Numbered from the stretch's first letter, positions 10,170 to 20,311 are shown. The stretch: DNA of 64,000 bases from Candidatus Giovannonibacteria bacterium (GCA_016186825.1 JACPKW010000004.1:428-64427), one strand, 5' to 3'. The notes: a model not told the origin generated them from the letters alone. Numbers and translations: made by a program.

Positions 10170-12011
10170 ATGTGTGGGATAACCGGTTACGTCGGAAAAC
10201 GAAACGCTGCGGAAATTGGGTTGAAACTGCTCGAGAAACTTGTTTATCGTGGATATGATTCTGCCGGATTCGCTTCGCTCGACGGGGCGAATTTTTCAGT
10301 TATGAAGGCCGTGGGGCATATGGATCGGCTTTACGATAAGCTAAACGGTTCAAAACCAAAAGGCGGCGCGGCAATTTGTCACACGCGCTGGGCAACTCAC
10401 GGCATTCCCACGGAAAGGAATGCTCATCCTCATAGCGATTGTGCCGGAAGATATTATGTCGTGCATAACGGGGTCATAGAGAATTACAAAACACTTAAAA
10501 GAGCGCTCGAGGCATCGGGACATGTTTTTGCGTCCGAAACAGATACGGAAGTCCTCGCGCATTTGTTCGAAGAAACCCGAAAAACGACCCCGTCGCTTTT
10601 CGAAGCGGTGCGCCTCGGCTTGCAGCAAGTGCAGGGTACTTTCGGTCTTGTTTTGATTTCGTCTGAAACTCCCGAAACTTTGTATGTCGCGGCGCGATCG
10701 AGCCCGATTTTGCTTGGAAAAGGCGATGGGGAATATTTCATCGCATCAGATCCGCGAGCTCTGATCCTTTACACAAGGGACGTGGAGGAATTGGGTGACG
10801 ATCAGATTGCGGTTGTGACAGCAAAGGGACACCGAGTTTACGATTTGGACGGGGTTGCAAGATCCTTGAAGGCGCAGCGAATCGAGTGGTCTGAAGATGA
10901 GGCGGAAAAGGGCGGATATCGCCACTTTATGGAAAAAGAAATTTTTTCCGGTCCTGAAGCTGTCGCGAATTCGATTCGAGGGCGTTTACTTATCAAAGAA
11001 GGAAACGCGCGGCTTGGCGGATTAAATGTTGACGGAGTTTTGGAACGTCTTTCGAGCGCAAAGCGGATTTATCTCTCGGGGTGCGGAACATCGTACTATG
11101 CCGCTCTATTCGGACAATATCTGTTAAAGCAGGCCGGAATTCCGGCGGAGGCGGGAATCGCGTCGGAGTTTCGCTACTCTCCGCCGATTTTTGATCCGGA
11201 CGATGTGGTAGTGCTGATGTCGCAGTCCGGAGAAACCGCGGATACCATCGGATTTTTGAGGGAGGCGAAAAAGAAAGTCCTGACGCTTGGCATTGTGAAC
11301 GTGGTGGGATCAAAAATAGCGCGTGACACGGACGCGGGGATTTACCAGCACATCAGTCCAGAGGTTGGGGTTGCTTCCACGAAGGCGTTCATTTCGCAGA
11401 TAACGATACTTTCCTTGTTTACTCTTCTCCTCGCGCGCCAACGCGGAATGCCAGTTGAGAATGGGCAAATGATTGCCCAATCCATTGCGCGGGTTCCGGA
11501 CCTGATGCAGTCCATGCTTTCAGATGAGGGGTGGATCAAGCACATCGCAGATCTTTCCCAAAAATACGTGAATTACACTAACTTCCTCTATTTGGGGCGC
11601 GGGATAAATTATCCGACAGCTTTGGAGGGTGCACTTAAACTGAAGGAGGTGAGTTATATTCATGCTGAAGGCTATCCGGCAGGTGAGATGAAGCATGGGC
11701 CTATTGCGATGATAGATGAAAACTTTGTATCAGTTTTCATAGTTCCAGAAAACGGTCATCGCCAGCGCGTTTTTTCAAATATGGAAGAAATCCGGGCGCG
11801 TTATGGGCCGGTTCTTGCTGTGGCAACGGCGGGCGACCTGGAAGTTAACGAACATGCCGATGACATAATTACAATACCGCCTATCGAGGACACTTTGAGC
11901 CCGATTTTGGCAACAGTCCCGCTTCAGCTTTTTGCATACAAAGTGGGAACAGCGAAGGGCATCAATGTCGATATGCCTCGAAATCTGGCGAAAAGCGTTA
12001 CCGTCGAATAA
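10170..12011 (+). CDS. glmS: Glutamine--fructose-6-phosphate aminotransferase
   Basis: MCGI N-terminus (start at 10170), HTRWATHG, C-terminal PRNLAKSVTVE; AGGGGGTG SD. Confidence 0.96.
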   Translation: MCGITGYVGKRNAAEIGLKLLEKLVYRGYDSAGFASLDGANFSVMKAVGHMDRLYDKLNGSKPKGGAAICHTRWATHGIPTERNAHPHSDCAGRYYVVHNGVIENYKTLKRALEASGHVFASETDTEVLAHLFEETRKTTPSLFEAVRLGLQQVQGTFGLVLISSETPETLYVAARSSPILLGKGDGEYFIASDPRALILYTRDVEELGDDQIAVVTAKGHRVYDLDGVARSLKAQRIEWSEDEAEKGGYRHFMEKEIFSGPEAVANSIRGRLLIKEGNARLGGLNVDGVLERLSSAKRIYLSGCGTSYYAALFGQYLLKQAGIPAEAGIASEFRYSPPIFDPDDVVVLMSQSGETADTIGFLREAKKKVLTLGIVNVVGSKIARDTDAGIYQHISPEVGVASTKAFISQITILSLFTLLLARQRGMPVENGQMIAQSIARVPDLMQSMLSDEGWIKHIADLSQKYVNYTNFLYLGRGINYPTALEGALKLKEVSYIHAEGYPAGEMKHGPIAMIDENFVSVFIVPENGHRQRVFSNMEEIRARYGPVLAVATAGDLEVNEHADDIITIPPIEDTLSPILATVPLQLFAYKVGTAKGINVDMPRNLAKSVTVE

Positions 12012-12031
12012 ATATCGGCAAACAAAAACCT

Positions 12032-12066
12032 AACGGGGAGCTCGCTCTGGCTCCCCGTTTTTTTTT
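12032..12066 (+). terminator. Rho-independent terminator after glmS
   Basis: 10-bp stem AACGGGGAGC/GCTCCCCGTT followed by a T tract. Confidence 0.8.
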
Positions 12067-12112
12067 CTTAGGATTGAAAAATGGTCTGAAAAATTTTAAT
12101 ATTTTTAAATAC

Positions 12113-14647
12113 ATGAAATATGCGGCGATAGAGAAAAAATGGAATAAGCTCTGGCGGAAAGCCGGAGTTTTTGAGCCTGACTTTAAGCGCGCCAAGAAAC
12201 CCTTTTATAATTTGATGATGTTTCCTTATCCTTCTGCGGAGGGGCTTCATGTCGGTAATATGTATGCATTTACCGGTTCCGATATTTACGGTCGCTTTAA
12301 GCGTATGCAGGGGAATGATGTTTTTGAGCCGATTGGCCTCGATGGGTTCGGAATCCACTCGGAAAATTATGCGATGAAAGTCGGGCAACATCCGGCGCGG
12401 CAGGCAAAAATTTCAGAGAAAAATTTTTACCGCCAGCTTGAAATGATTGGAAACGGATTTTCGTGGAATGAAAAGCTTGAAACTTATGATCCGACATATT
12501 ATAAGTGGACGCAATGGATTTTTGTGCAGATGTTTAAGCACGGCCTCGCTTATCGCAAAAAAAAGGCAGTGAATTGGTGCCCGAGCTGCATGACTGTTTT
12601 GGCGGATGAGCAGGTGATAGGAGGCGAATGCGAACGCTGTTTGACAAAGGTCATTAATAAAGATTTGGAGCAGTGGTTTTTTAGAATAACAAAATATGCA
12701 GAGAAACTTTTAAATGACCTCGAAAAAATTGATTGGTCGGGAAAAGTAAAAATTGCGCAGAGAAATTGGATCGGGAAATCCGAAGGCGCTCTGATCAGAT
12801 TCCCCCTAGTGTTTTCCCTATTGACATCCGATGTCAATAAAGGGGCCAGAATGGGAAATGTTGCTGTCGAGATATTTACTACAAGGCCCGACACGTTATT
12901 CGGGGCGACCTATATCGTTTTGTCGCCGGATCATGAAATTATTGAAAAAGTCAAAGCTCAAATTTCAAATCTCAAAGAAGTTGAAAATTATATTTTGGAC
13001 GCGAAGAAAAAAACTGCTGAAGAAAGGGAGGAAGCAATGGAAAAAACAGGGGCAGAGTTGAAAGGAATTTATGCGATTAATCCCGCGAATCAAGAAAAAA
13101 TTCCTGTTTGGATTTCGGATTATGTGTTGGCCGGTTATGGCACGGGCGCTATTATGGCGGTTCCGGCGTCAGACGCCCGCGATTTTGAATTTGCAAAAAA
13201 GTTTAATTTACCGGTTCGAAAAGTCGTTTTGCCGAAACCATTATTTTCAATTGTTCGAAATGCGGAAGACCTCGCGGCAGGCGCAAAACAAACATTACGC
13301 GTTGCTGGTGAATGTTACGAAGGTAGCGGAGAACTCATCAATTCAGGAGAGTTCAGCAGTATGGATTCCGAAAAAGCCAAATGGGAAATTACAAAATTTG
13401 TGGGCGGTAAACGTAAAACCCAATATCGCCTGCGTGATTGGCTGATTTCGCGCCAGCGCTATTGGGGGCCTCCGATTCCAATGATTTATTGCGAAAAATG
13501 CGCGGATGCCGGAAAAGGCGAGCGAAAGGAAATGCCGGGATGGTATGCGGTTTTGGCAAAAGATTTACCTGTTAAACTTCCATATATAAAGGATTTCCGT
13601 CCAAGAGGTTCAGGCGTTTCTCCGCTGGCGCGTTATCCAAAATTTTTTAAGGCGAAATGTCCGAAATGCAGTTCCATAGCGCGGCGCGAAACAGATGTAT
13701 CTGATACATTTCTCGATTCTGCTTGGTATTATTTGCGATACATAGATCCTAAAAATAATAAAGAAATTTTTTCCGATAAATTGGCCAGAAAATGGCTTCC
13801 TGTCGATATGTATATCGGTGGCGCGGAACATTCGGTTTTGCATTTGCTCTATGTGCGTTTTCTTGCAAAAGTTTTTAATGACATGAAACTCACCCATTTT
13901 GACGAACCTTTTTTAAAATTCCGCGCGCACGGTTTGATCGTCAAGGACGGGGCAAAAATGTCCAAGTCAAAAGGCAATGTAGTGAATCCGGACCAATTTA
14001 TAAAGAAATTTGGAGCTGACGCGCTTCGAATGTATCTAATGTTTATCGGCCCATTTGAAGAAGGGGGCGATTTTCGCGATCAGGGGATCCTCGGCATTAC
14101 AAGATTTCTTGCGCGCGTTGAAAAAATATCGCTAAAAATTTCAAAGAGTTTGAAAGCCGGACTTTCTGAAAGCTCTGAAATTTTTTTGCATCAGTCCATA
14201 AAAAAGATAACGGAGGATACAGAAAATTTGCGATACAATACTGCAATTTCACAGCTCATGATTTTATTAAATCATCTCGAAGAGCTTCCCGAAATTCCGA
14301 GAAAAACTTATGAAACTTTTCTGAAACTGCTCGCCCCGTATGCGCCTTATATAAGCGAGGAGCTTTATCAGATGTTTAGCAGAAAGAAAACTTTTGGGAA
14401 AAAAGATTCACTCCACTTATCAGTTTGGCCTAAATATAATTTAAAAAAAGTAATAGAAGAAAGTTTTTATTTAGTCGTTCAGGTCAACGGACGGGTCAGG
14501 TCCACCATCAAGGCTAAAAGGGGAATATCACAGCTTGAAGCAGAGGCACTTGCCAAAAAGGACAATAATGTGTTAAAATATATGAGCACTGAAAATCTGA
14601 AAAAAGTCATATTTGTGCCAGACAAACTTATCAATTTCGTCTTATAA
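12113..14647 (+). CDS. leuS: Leucine--tRNA ligase
   Basis: MFPYPSAEGLHVGN, FTTRPDT, DWLISRQRYWG, KMSKS; start placed at ATG 12113. Confidence 0.96.
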   Translation: MKYAAIEKKWNKLWRKAGVFEPDFKRAKKPFYNLMMFPYPSAEGLHVGNMYAFTGSDIYGRFKRMQGNDVFEPIGLDGFGIHSENYAMKVGQHPARQAKISEKNFYRQLEMIGNGFSWNEKLETYDPTYYKWTQWIFVQMFKHGLAYRKKKAVNWCPSCMTVLADEQVIGGECERCLTKVINKDLEQWFFRITKYAEKLLNDLEKIDWSGKVKIAQRNWIGKSEGALIRFPLVFSLLTSDVNKGARMGNVAVEIFTTRPDTLFGATYIVLSPDHEIIEKVKAQISNLKEVENYILDAKKKTAEEREEAMEKTGAELKGIYAINPANQEKIPVWISDYVLAGYGTGAIMAVPASDARDFEFAKKFNLPVRKVVLPKPLFSIVRNAEDLAAGAKQTLRVAGECYEGSGELINSGEFSSMDSEKAKWEITKFVGGKRKTQYRLRDWLISRQRYWGPPIPMIYCEKCADAGKGERKEMPGWYAVLAKDLPVKLPYIKDFRPRGSGVSPLARYPKFFKAKCPKCSSIARRETDVSDTFLDSAWYYLRYIDPKNNKEIFSDKLARKWLPVDMYIGGAEHSVLHLLYVRFLAKVFNDMKLTHFDEPFLKFRAHGLIVKDGAKMSKSKGNVVNPDQFIKKFGADALRMYLMFIGPFEEGGDFRDQGILGITRFLARVEKISLKISKSLKAGLSESSEIFLHQSIKKITEDTENLRYNTAISQLMILLNHLEELPEIPRKTYETFLKLLAPYAPYISEELYQMFSRKKTFGKKDSLHLSVWPKYNLKKVIEESFYLVVQVNGRVRSTIKAKRGISQLEAEALAKKDNNVLKYMSTENLKKVIFVPDKLINFVL
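12819..12839. repeat. REP-like palindrome inside leuS
   Basis: TATTGACATC-C-GATGTCAATA, perfect 10-bp arms. Confidence 0.75.
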
Positions 14648-14659
14648 AATAACGAAAAA

Positions 14660-15352
14660 ATGAAAGCAGTAATCCCATGCGCGGGAGAGGGCGTTCGAAT
14701 GCGTCCTCTTACGCTTACTCGCCCAAAACAACTTTTAGAGTTCAAAGAACGACCAATTCTTGAGCATATTTTTGAGTCTTTGCCGGATTCAGTTACCGAT
14801 GTGGTATTGGTAATCGGGTATTTGGGCGATCAGATTAAAAGTCATTTTGGTGAAAAATTCGCGGGGAAAAATATTCAATATCTTTGGCAGAAAGAAAAAC
14901 TGGGAACGGCTCATGCGCTCGGACTTGCAAAAGAAATACTCGGAAAAGACCGTTTTTTAATGCTGTACGGCGATGATTTGATTGATAAAAAAAGCATCTC
15001 GAAATTGCTAAACCATGATTTGGCTTTGCTCGTTAAAGAGGTCCCGGATCCGAGAAGGTTCGGAGTTGTGCTTACGGACGAAAAGGGAAAAATTATTGAG
15101 CTGTTGGAAAAACCGGAAAATCCGCCCTCAAAATTGGCGTCAACCGGAGTAAAAATTCTGGATTCGCGCATTTTTGAATATCCCGCGGCAAAGCATCCTA
15201 ACGGCGAATATTATATTACTGATTCTTTGGCAAAGCTTGCGAGAAATCACGATATTTTTATTGAACATGCTGATTCTTGGGTAACTTTTGGAACTCCGGA
15301 AGACTTGGAGCGCTTCAATGCGGATTTTAAAGTTGTCACGGGAAAAATTTGA
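14660..15352 (+). CDS. Sugar-phosphate nucleotidyltransferase
   Basis: KAVIPCAGEGVRMRPLTLTRPKQL, LGTAHAL, EKPENP. Confidence 0.9.
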   Translation: MKAVIPCAGEGVRMRPLTLTRPKQLLEFKERPILEHIFESLPDSVTDVVLVIGYLGDQIKSHFGEKFAGKNIQYLWQKEKLGTAHALGLAKEILGKDRFLMLYGDDLIDKKSISKLLNHDLALLVKEVPDPRRFGVVLTDEKGKIIELLEKPENPPSKLASTGVKILDSRIFEYPAAKHPNGEYYITDSLAKLARNHDIFIEHADSWVTFGTPEDLERFNADFKVVTGKI

Positions 15353-15944
15353 TTCTCTGATTGATGAAGCTTCCAACTTCCTTAATAAAGGAGGTGTAAT
15401 AATCATTCCCACTGACACGGTTTATGGATTTGCGGCGGATGCCACGAATTCGGAGGCGGTAGCTAAAATTTTCAAAATCAAGCAAAGGCCGGAAGAAAAA
15501 TCTTTTCCGGTTTTTGTTGGTTCCATTGATGCCGCAGAGAAAATAGCCGTAATTAATGCTCCACAAATAAAATTTTTAAAAAAAATTTGGCCCGGAAAAG
15601 TAACATGCGTTTTTAATGTTAAGCAAAAATTAGCGGCTGGAACTTTTTTTGGGAATACTGTTGCGATTAGAATTCCCGACAATGGTTTTGTTTTAAAGCT
15701 GCTTTTAAGATTGGGCAAACCGCTTGCTCAAAGTTCGGCAAATATTTCAGGAAAGTCGGATTCTCTAAAAATCGCGGATATTATTAAAGAATTTGAAAAA
15801 AGAGAAAATAAGCCTGATTTGATAATTGATTCTGGAGATTTGGCTGATTCTCTCCCCTCGACAATAGTTGATTTAACCGGAGATGAGCCGAAAATTTTGC
15901 GCGAGGGGGCTGTCTCGAAAGCAGCGATTTTTGCGCTATACTGA
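15318..15944 (+). CDS. tsaC: L-threonylcarbamoyladenylate synthase (TsaC/Sua5/YrdC)
   Basis: PTDTVYG, KIKQRP, SSANISG, ILREG; ATG 15318 chosen as start. Confidence 0.9.
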   Translation: MRILKLSREKFDSLIDEASNFLNKGGVIIIPTDTVYGFAADATNSEAVAKIFKIKQRPEEKSFPVFVGSIDAAEKIAVINAPQIKFLKKIWPGKVTCVFNVKQKLAAGTFFGNTVAIRIPDNGFVLKLLLRLGKPLAQSSANISGKSDSLKIADIIKEFEKRENKPDLIIDSGDLADSLPSTIVDLTGDEPKILREGAVSKAAIFALY

Positions 15945-15948
15945 AAAA

Positions 15949-17121
15949 GTGAAGGACAAGGTATTAGAAAAACTTATCAAGTCCGAAGAAAAACGCCAAA
16001 AAGGCGTGATTAATTTAATTGCGTCCGAAAATTATGCGTCAAAAGACGTGCTTTCCGCGCTTGGATCGGTGCTCACAAACAAATACGCCGAAGGATACCC
16101 GGAAAAAAGATATTACGGAGGAAACCAAATAGTTGATAAAATTGAAAATTTGGCGCGCGCGCGCTCACTAAAACTTTTTGGCCTATCGCAAGAAAAATGG
16201 GATTCAAATGTCCAGCCTTACTCCGGAACGCCCGCTAACGCCGAAATATATTCGGCGCTCGTGCCCGCAGGAGAAAAAATAATGGGTTTGCGCCTGGATA
16301 TGGGTGGTCACTTGTCGCACGGGCACAAAGTATCTTTTACTGGCAAATTTTGGCAGCAAATTTCATACGGCGTCTCTCAAAAAACTGAAATGCTTAATTA
16401 TGAAGAAATCGCGGAAATTGCAAAGAAGGAACGTCCGAAGTTGATTGTGGCGGGATTCACGGCTTATTCGCGGATCATAGATTTTAAAAAATTCAGAAAA
16501 ATTGCCGATGATGCTGGGGCGATTTTGCTTATAGATATGTCTCATTTTTCCGGATTGGTTGCGGGAGGAGTTTATCCGTCGCCGTTTCCTTATGCGGATA
16601 TTGTAATGACAACCACTCACAAGACTTTGCGCGGACCGAGGGGCGCGATAATTTTTTCTAAAAAAGAGTTTTCGACCGCGATCGATAAAGCGGTTTTCCC
16701 CGGATTCCAAGGAGGTCCGCATGAAAATAATATTGCGGCGATCGCAGTTGCTCTGAAAGAAGCAATGAGCCCGGCTTTTAAAAAATACGCGCGTCAGATT
16801 GTTAAAAATGCAAAAGTTTTAGCAGCAGAACTTCAGAACAAAGGCTGGAGAATAATTTCAGGCGGCACGGATACCCATTTATTTTTAATGGATACATGGT
16901 CAAGAGGAATTTCCGGAAAAGCCGCGCAGGATTTGCTCGAGGCCAAAGGAATTGTCGTAAACAAAAATACGATTCCTTTCGACATACGTTCTCCTTTCGA
17001 TCCTTCTGGAATCCGAATTGGTACTCCCGCGGTTACAACACAAGGGATGAAAGCAAAAGACATGAAGGCAGTTGCAAAAAAAATTAACGAAATACTTTCC
17101 GGCGGGAGAAAGTTCAATTAA
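15949..17121 (+). CDS. glyA: Serine hydroxymethyltransferase
   Basis: LIASENY, NKYAEGYP, TTTHKTLRGPRG; GTG start 6 nt after TATACT. Confidence 0.96.
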   Translation: MKDKVLEKLIKSEEKRQKGVINLIASENYASKDVLSALGSVLTNKYAEGYPEKRYYGGNQIVDKIENLARARSLKLFGLSQEKWDSNVQPYSGTPANAEIYSALVPAGEKIMGLRLDMGGHLSHGHKVSFTGKFWQQISYGVSQKTEMLNYEEIAEIAKKERPKLIVAGFTAYSRIIDFKKFRKIADDAGAILLIDMSHFSGLVAGGVYPSPFPYADIVMTTTHKTLRGPRGAIIFSKKEFSTAIDKAVFPGFQGGPHENNIAAIAVALKEAMSPAFKKYARQIVKNAKVLAAELQNKGWRIISGGTDTHLFLMDTWSRGISGKAAQDLLEAKGIVVNKNTIPFDIRSPFDPSGIRIGTPAVTTQGMKAKDMKAVAKKINEILSGGRKFN

Positions 17122-17125
17122 GTCA

Positions 17126-17941
17126 ATGATAATTGATGGTAGAGCGCTAGCGCAAAAAATTAAAGATTCGCTTCGCGCGGAAGTTTTAAGTTTTAATAAA
17201 AAAATTCGTTTGGCGGTGATTAAAGTTGGAAGTGATTCTGTCATGGAGAGATTTATCTCGCAAAAGAAAAAAGTTGCGGAAGAAATCGGGATTGATGTGC
17301 GGATTTACGAATTTCTAGAGGATATTTCCACAAATAAACTTCGCGAAAAAGTTTCTGAAATCGTCCATATTACAGAAAACGATGGAGTCATAATTCAACT
17401 GCCCTTGCCTCCGCAAATAAATTCGCAATATATTTTGGATGCAATAATACCTGAAAAAGATCCTGATATGCTTTCCTCAAAAAGCTGGGGAGCGTTTGCA
17501 ACAGGAAAATCAAAAATTTTACCCCCGGTTGTAGGAGCGATCAAAACCATTTTGGACGAAAGTAAGATCAGCCCTAAAGGAAAAAATATCGTAATCGTGG
17601 GTGCGGGAAAGCTTGTTGGAAAACCTGCCGCAACTTGGTTTTTAAATCAAGGCGCAACTGCTTCTGTGGTAGATGAAAATACTAAAAATCCACATGATTT
17701 TACTACAAAAGCAGATATTATTGTAACTGGTGCAGGGAAGCCCGGCATTATTAAGCCCGAGATGGTTAAAGAAGGAGTAATTGCGATTGACGCTGGAACT
17801 TCGGAATCAGCTGGGAAATTAGTAGGCGATATTGATCCGGAAATTGCTGACAAAGCTTCTATTTACTCTCCTGTGCCTGGCGGAGTCGGTCCGTTAACTG
17901 TAGTTTACTTGTTCAAGAATTTAATCGATTTATCAAAGTGA
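17126..17941 (+). CDS. folD: Methylenetetrahydrofolate dehydrogenase/cyclohydrolase
   Basis: MIIDGRALA, IIQLPLP, SPVPGGVGPLTV. Confidence 0.94.
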   Translation: MIIDGRALAQKIKDSLRAEVLSFNKKIRLAVIKVGSDSVMERFISQKKKVAEEIGIDVRIYEFLEDISTNKLREKVSEIVHITENDGVIIQLPLPPQINSQYILDAIIPEKDPDMLSSKSWGAFATGKSKILPPVVGAIKTILDESKISPKGKNIVIVGAGKLVGKPAATWFLNQGATASVVDENTKNPHDFTTKADIIVTGAGKPGIIKPEMVKEGVIAIDAGTSESAGKLVGDIDPEIADKASIYSPVPGGVGPLTVVYLFKNLIDLSK

Positions 17942-18531
17942 ATTTTTTTAAACAAAGACTTAAGCGCGGCTTTACGTTAATCGAGCTTCTCGTCGTGATT
18001 TCAATCATATCTTTGCTTGCGAGCGTTACATTGGCTTCAACCAAAGAAGCGCGAAGGAAAGCGCGGGATGCGCGGCGTCTGCAGGATATGCGCCAAATAA
18101 CTATTGCGCTCGAATTATATTACGGAGAGCATGGAAAATATCCTTTAGCTGATCCGGGCGGCCAGAAAGTTTGTGTTGTTCGAAGCAGCGCCTCATGGGT
18201 CGGAGGCGACTGCATTGTTGTTCAAGATCTTAATAGCGAACTAGCGTCTTATATTCGATCCCTCCCGGTTGATCCTCTAAACAACAATGGCGGTTTTCCT
18301 CCTTTTATTTGCTGCGGGTATACATATTTTGTTAGGCCTGACGGATCGGACTACGATTTAATATCGATTTTCGAGGATGATAACGCACAAAGATGCTCGC
18401 GTAGAAATTGGGTATCTCACACTGGCGGTTGGCCTCCGCCGCTTCCCGAGTACCCCGGGGTTGGAAATTCATGGTGCGGAAGTAACATGACCCCCTTTCC
18501 AGATGCCCAATACATTTGGGCGGATCATTAA
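17938..18531 (+). CDS. Type IV pilin-like protein (orphan)
   Basis: RG|FTLIELLVVISII prepilin cleavage motif, ARDARR; GTG overlaps the folD stop. Confidence 0.9.
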   Translation: MNFFKQRLKRGFTLIELLVVISIISLLASVTLASTKEARRKARDARRLQDMRQITIALELYYGEHGKYPLADPGGQKVCVVRSSASWVGGDCIVVQDLNSELASYIRSLPVDPLNNNGGFPPFICCGYTYFVRPDGSDYDLISIFEDDNAQRCSRRNWVSHTGGWPPPLPEYPGVGNSWCGSNMTPFPDAQYIWADH

Positions 18532-18553
18532 TATAAGAATATTTTTCACAGTT

Positions 18554-18703
18554 CTCCGCGACAAAAAACTTTGTTTTGTGCCTCGGGAGGGGGTCGGTCA
18601 CAACTCTCGCTTCGCTCGGTCGCGACCCCGCCTCGCGGTCCCGCTAAAAGCGGGACATCGTTCCGGCTTTCGACCCCTCACGCAAACGAAAAAATTCGTT
18701 TGC
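18554..18703 (-). mobile_element. About 150-bp unit duplicating the tRNA-Leu 3' end, with a structured core inserted in the T loop
   Basis: 18554-18596 nearly repeats 18703-18746; core 18597-18670 is enclosed by GGGGTCG/CGACCCC. Confidence 0.7.
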
Positions 18704-18728
18704 TCCGCGATAAAAAACAATCGTTTTG

Positions 18729-18812
18729 TGCCGCGGGAGGGGGTCGAACCCTCATGAGCTTGCGCCCGCAGGATTTTGAGTCCTGTGCGTCTGCCAGTTC
18801 CGCCACCGCGGC
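18729..18812 (-). tRNA. tRNA-Leu(CAA)
   Basis: Acceptor GCCGCGG, anticodon arm CAGGA-CTCAAAA-TCCTG, long variable arm, GGTTCGA T arm. Confidence 0.95.
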
Positions 18813-18848
18813 ATCTGTGAATATTAGGTTACTAAAAAATATTGTCAA

Positions 18849-20255
18849 TCATTTCAGAATATCCAGATTTCTTACAAGAAGTATTCCGGAATGCGCGTCT
18901 AAACTTAATGGACTTTCCAGTTTCTGCCCGAGGACATTATAAAAGTTTTCGCTAAAAATATATTCGTGCCGATCCGGCGTCGGGTTTACTAAAACTCGTG
19001 CGTTTTGAAAATCTCTTTTCCAAAGTTCATTTGATTCTGAAAACTCTTCAAGCGGCGCGCCAATGTTCAAATCAAATTCTTTAAACCAGAAGTGGGGAAT
19101 ATCGGAATCTCCCTCTTTAAACGTCCAATAAATTTCGCGTTCGGGCGCCGCTACGAGCAAATAAGTGTAGTACGCGTAAAGAGTAAGATCTGTATTTCCT
19201 TTCAAGCCTTCATAATTCGGAAGACCTGTCGGCGTATTTAATAAATGGATTTTCCCCTTCGGGTTTTCTTTCAAAAGTTCAAGATAAGCCTTGATCTGTT
19301 CTTTGTGGGTGTAGCCGTATTTATCAGCCGAGTGCATCACAAAAACTTCCGTTTCAATGCCTTTCGCAATTTCTTTCACTTTTTTATAGAAGTCCGGATC
19401 AGTTTCAATTATCGCAGGCTCGGTATTAACAATAATCGCCGTGTTTGCCTTGGAAACGACAGTCTTAATGAACTCAAGCTGTGCGGCGCGAAATTCTTCA
19501 TCCGTTTGGTATTGCTCCGGAATTCCGGCGCTCCAAAAAGAATCATAACTTGTTTTTTGCACATAGAAATCATCAAGCAGAATTCCATCCCATTCGCCGC
19601 CGGATTTTCCAAAGGCTTCGTTCAGCTGGTTCGCATAATATTCTTGAAATTCTTTATTTCCGGGATCTCCGAAATATGTAAATTCATTGCCCCCGCCGCT
19701 TTTTAAGGGCTCACCCGCGCCATTTTTTAAAAGCCACTCCGGATGATTTGCCCAAACCCAAGCGGTTGTTTTTTCGTTGACTGATCCTGGGCCGGTCAGA
19801 GTATCAGGCCAGGGGCGAAGCGTGGAATCAAAATACATCAATATTTTTGCTTTTGGGTTTAACTTTTTTATAGTTGGAATCCATTTGCCGCGTTTTGCTA
19901 TCATTAAAAATAAATCATAATGAGGGGCGATTTTCTTTATTTCGTTTTCCGTGGGTTCAAAAGCGGAAAAAAGACCGGTGGTGCGATGTTTGGCAGGGCG
20001 ATAGTTAAGGGATGAATTTTCCGGATAAGTTCCGATTTTGATTGCTGTGATTTCGTGATAAATTCTGTTTTTTTCTTCAGAGCTCGGATTTCCAAAAAAA
20101 CGATATTTAAGGGGAAGCTCGGGGAGGTCGGGCAGGCGCGTTAAAGTAGTGGCGCGTGGCGTTTCAATGGAACCTGATCTAAAATTTATTATTAAATATA
20201 AAATTACCAGCAATATCGCCAATAAAGAGCTGAAAAATAATGTTTTTTTGGCCAC
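18849..20255 (-). CDS. Membrane-anchored putative glycoside hydrolase (GHL15-like TIM barrel)
   Basis: N-terminal TM; HPEWLLK, DPGNKEFQEY, WDGILLDD, WKRDFQNARVLVNP. Confidence 0.6.
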   Translation of the reverse strand: MAKKTLFFSSLLAILLVILYLIINFRSGSIETPRATTLTRLPDLPELPLKYRFFGNPSSEEKNRIYHEITAIKIGTYPENSSLNYRPAKHRTTGLFSAFEPTENEIKKIAPHYDLFLMIAKRGKWIPTIKKLNPKAKILMYFDSTLRPWPDTLTGPGSVNEKTTAWVWANHPEWLLKNGAGEPLKSGGGNEFTYFGDPGNKEFQEYYANQLNEAFGKSGGEWDGILLDDFYVQKTSYDSFWSAGIPEQYQTDEEFRAAQLEFIKTVVSKANTAIIVNTEPAIIETDPDFYKKVKEIAKGIETEVFVMHSADKYGYTHKEQIKAYLELLKENPKGKIHLLNTPTGLPNYEGLKGNTDLTLYAYYTYLLVAAPEREIYWTFKEGDSDIPHFWFKEFDLNIGAPLEEFSESNELWKRDFQNARVLVNPTPDRHEYIFSENFYNVLGQKLESPLSLDAHSGILLVRNLDILK

Positions 20256-20311
20256 TTGAATGTTATGGGAATCTTGTCAATTAAAAAGTTTTCGGCTATT
20301 CTTATTTCATT

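Noticed and set aside
18554-18746. CRISPR array or prophage att pair
   Set aside because: Only two copies, tRNA-derived, with no cas or integrase and a 150-bp spacing
18503-18942. ORFs of 84 and 123 aa across tRNA-Leu
   Set aside because: They are antisense translations of the tRNA and its duplicated end
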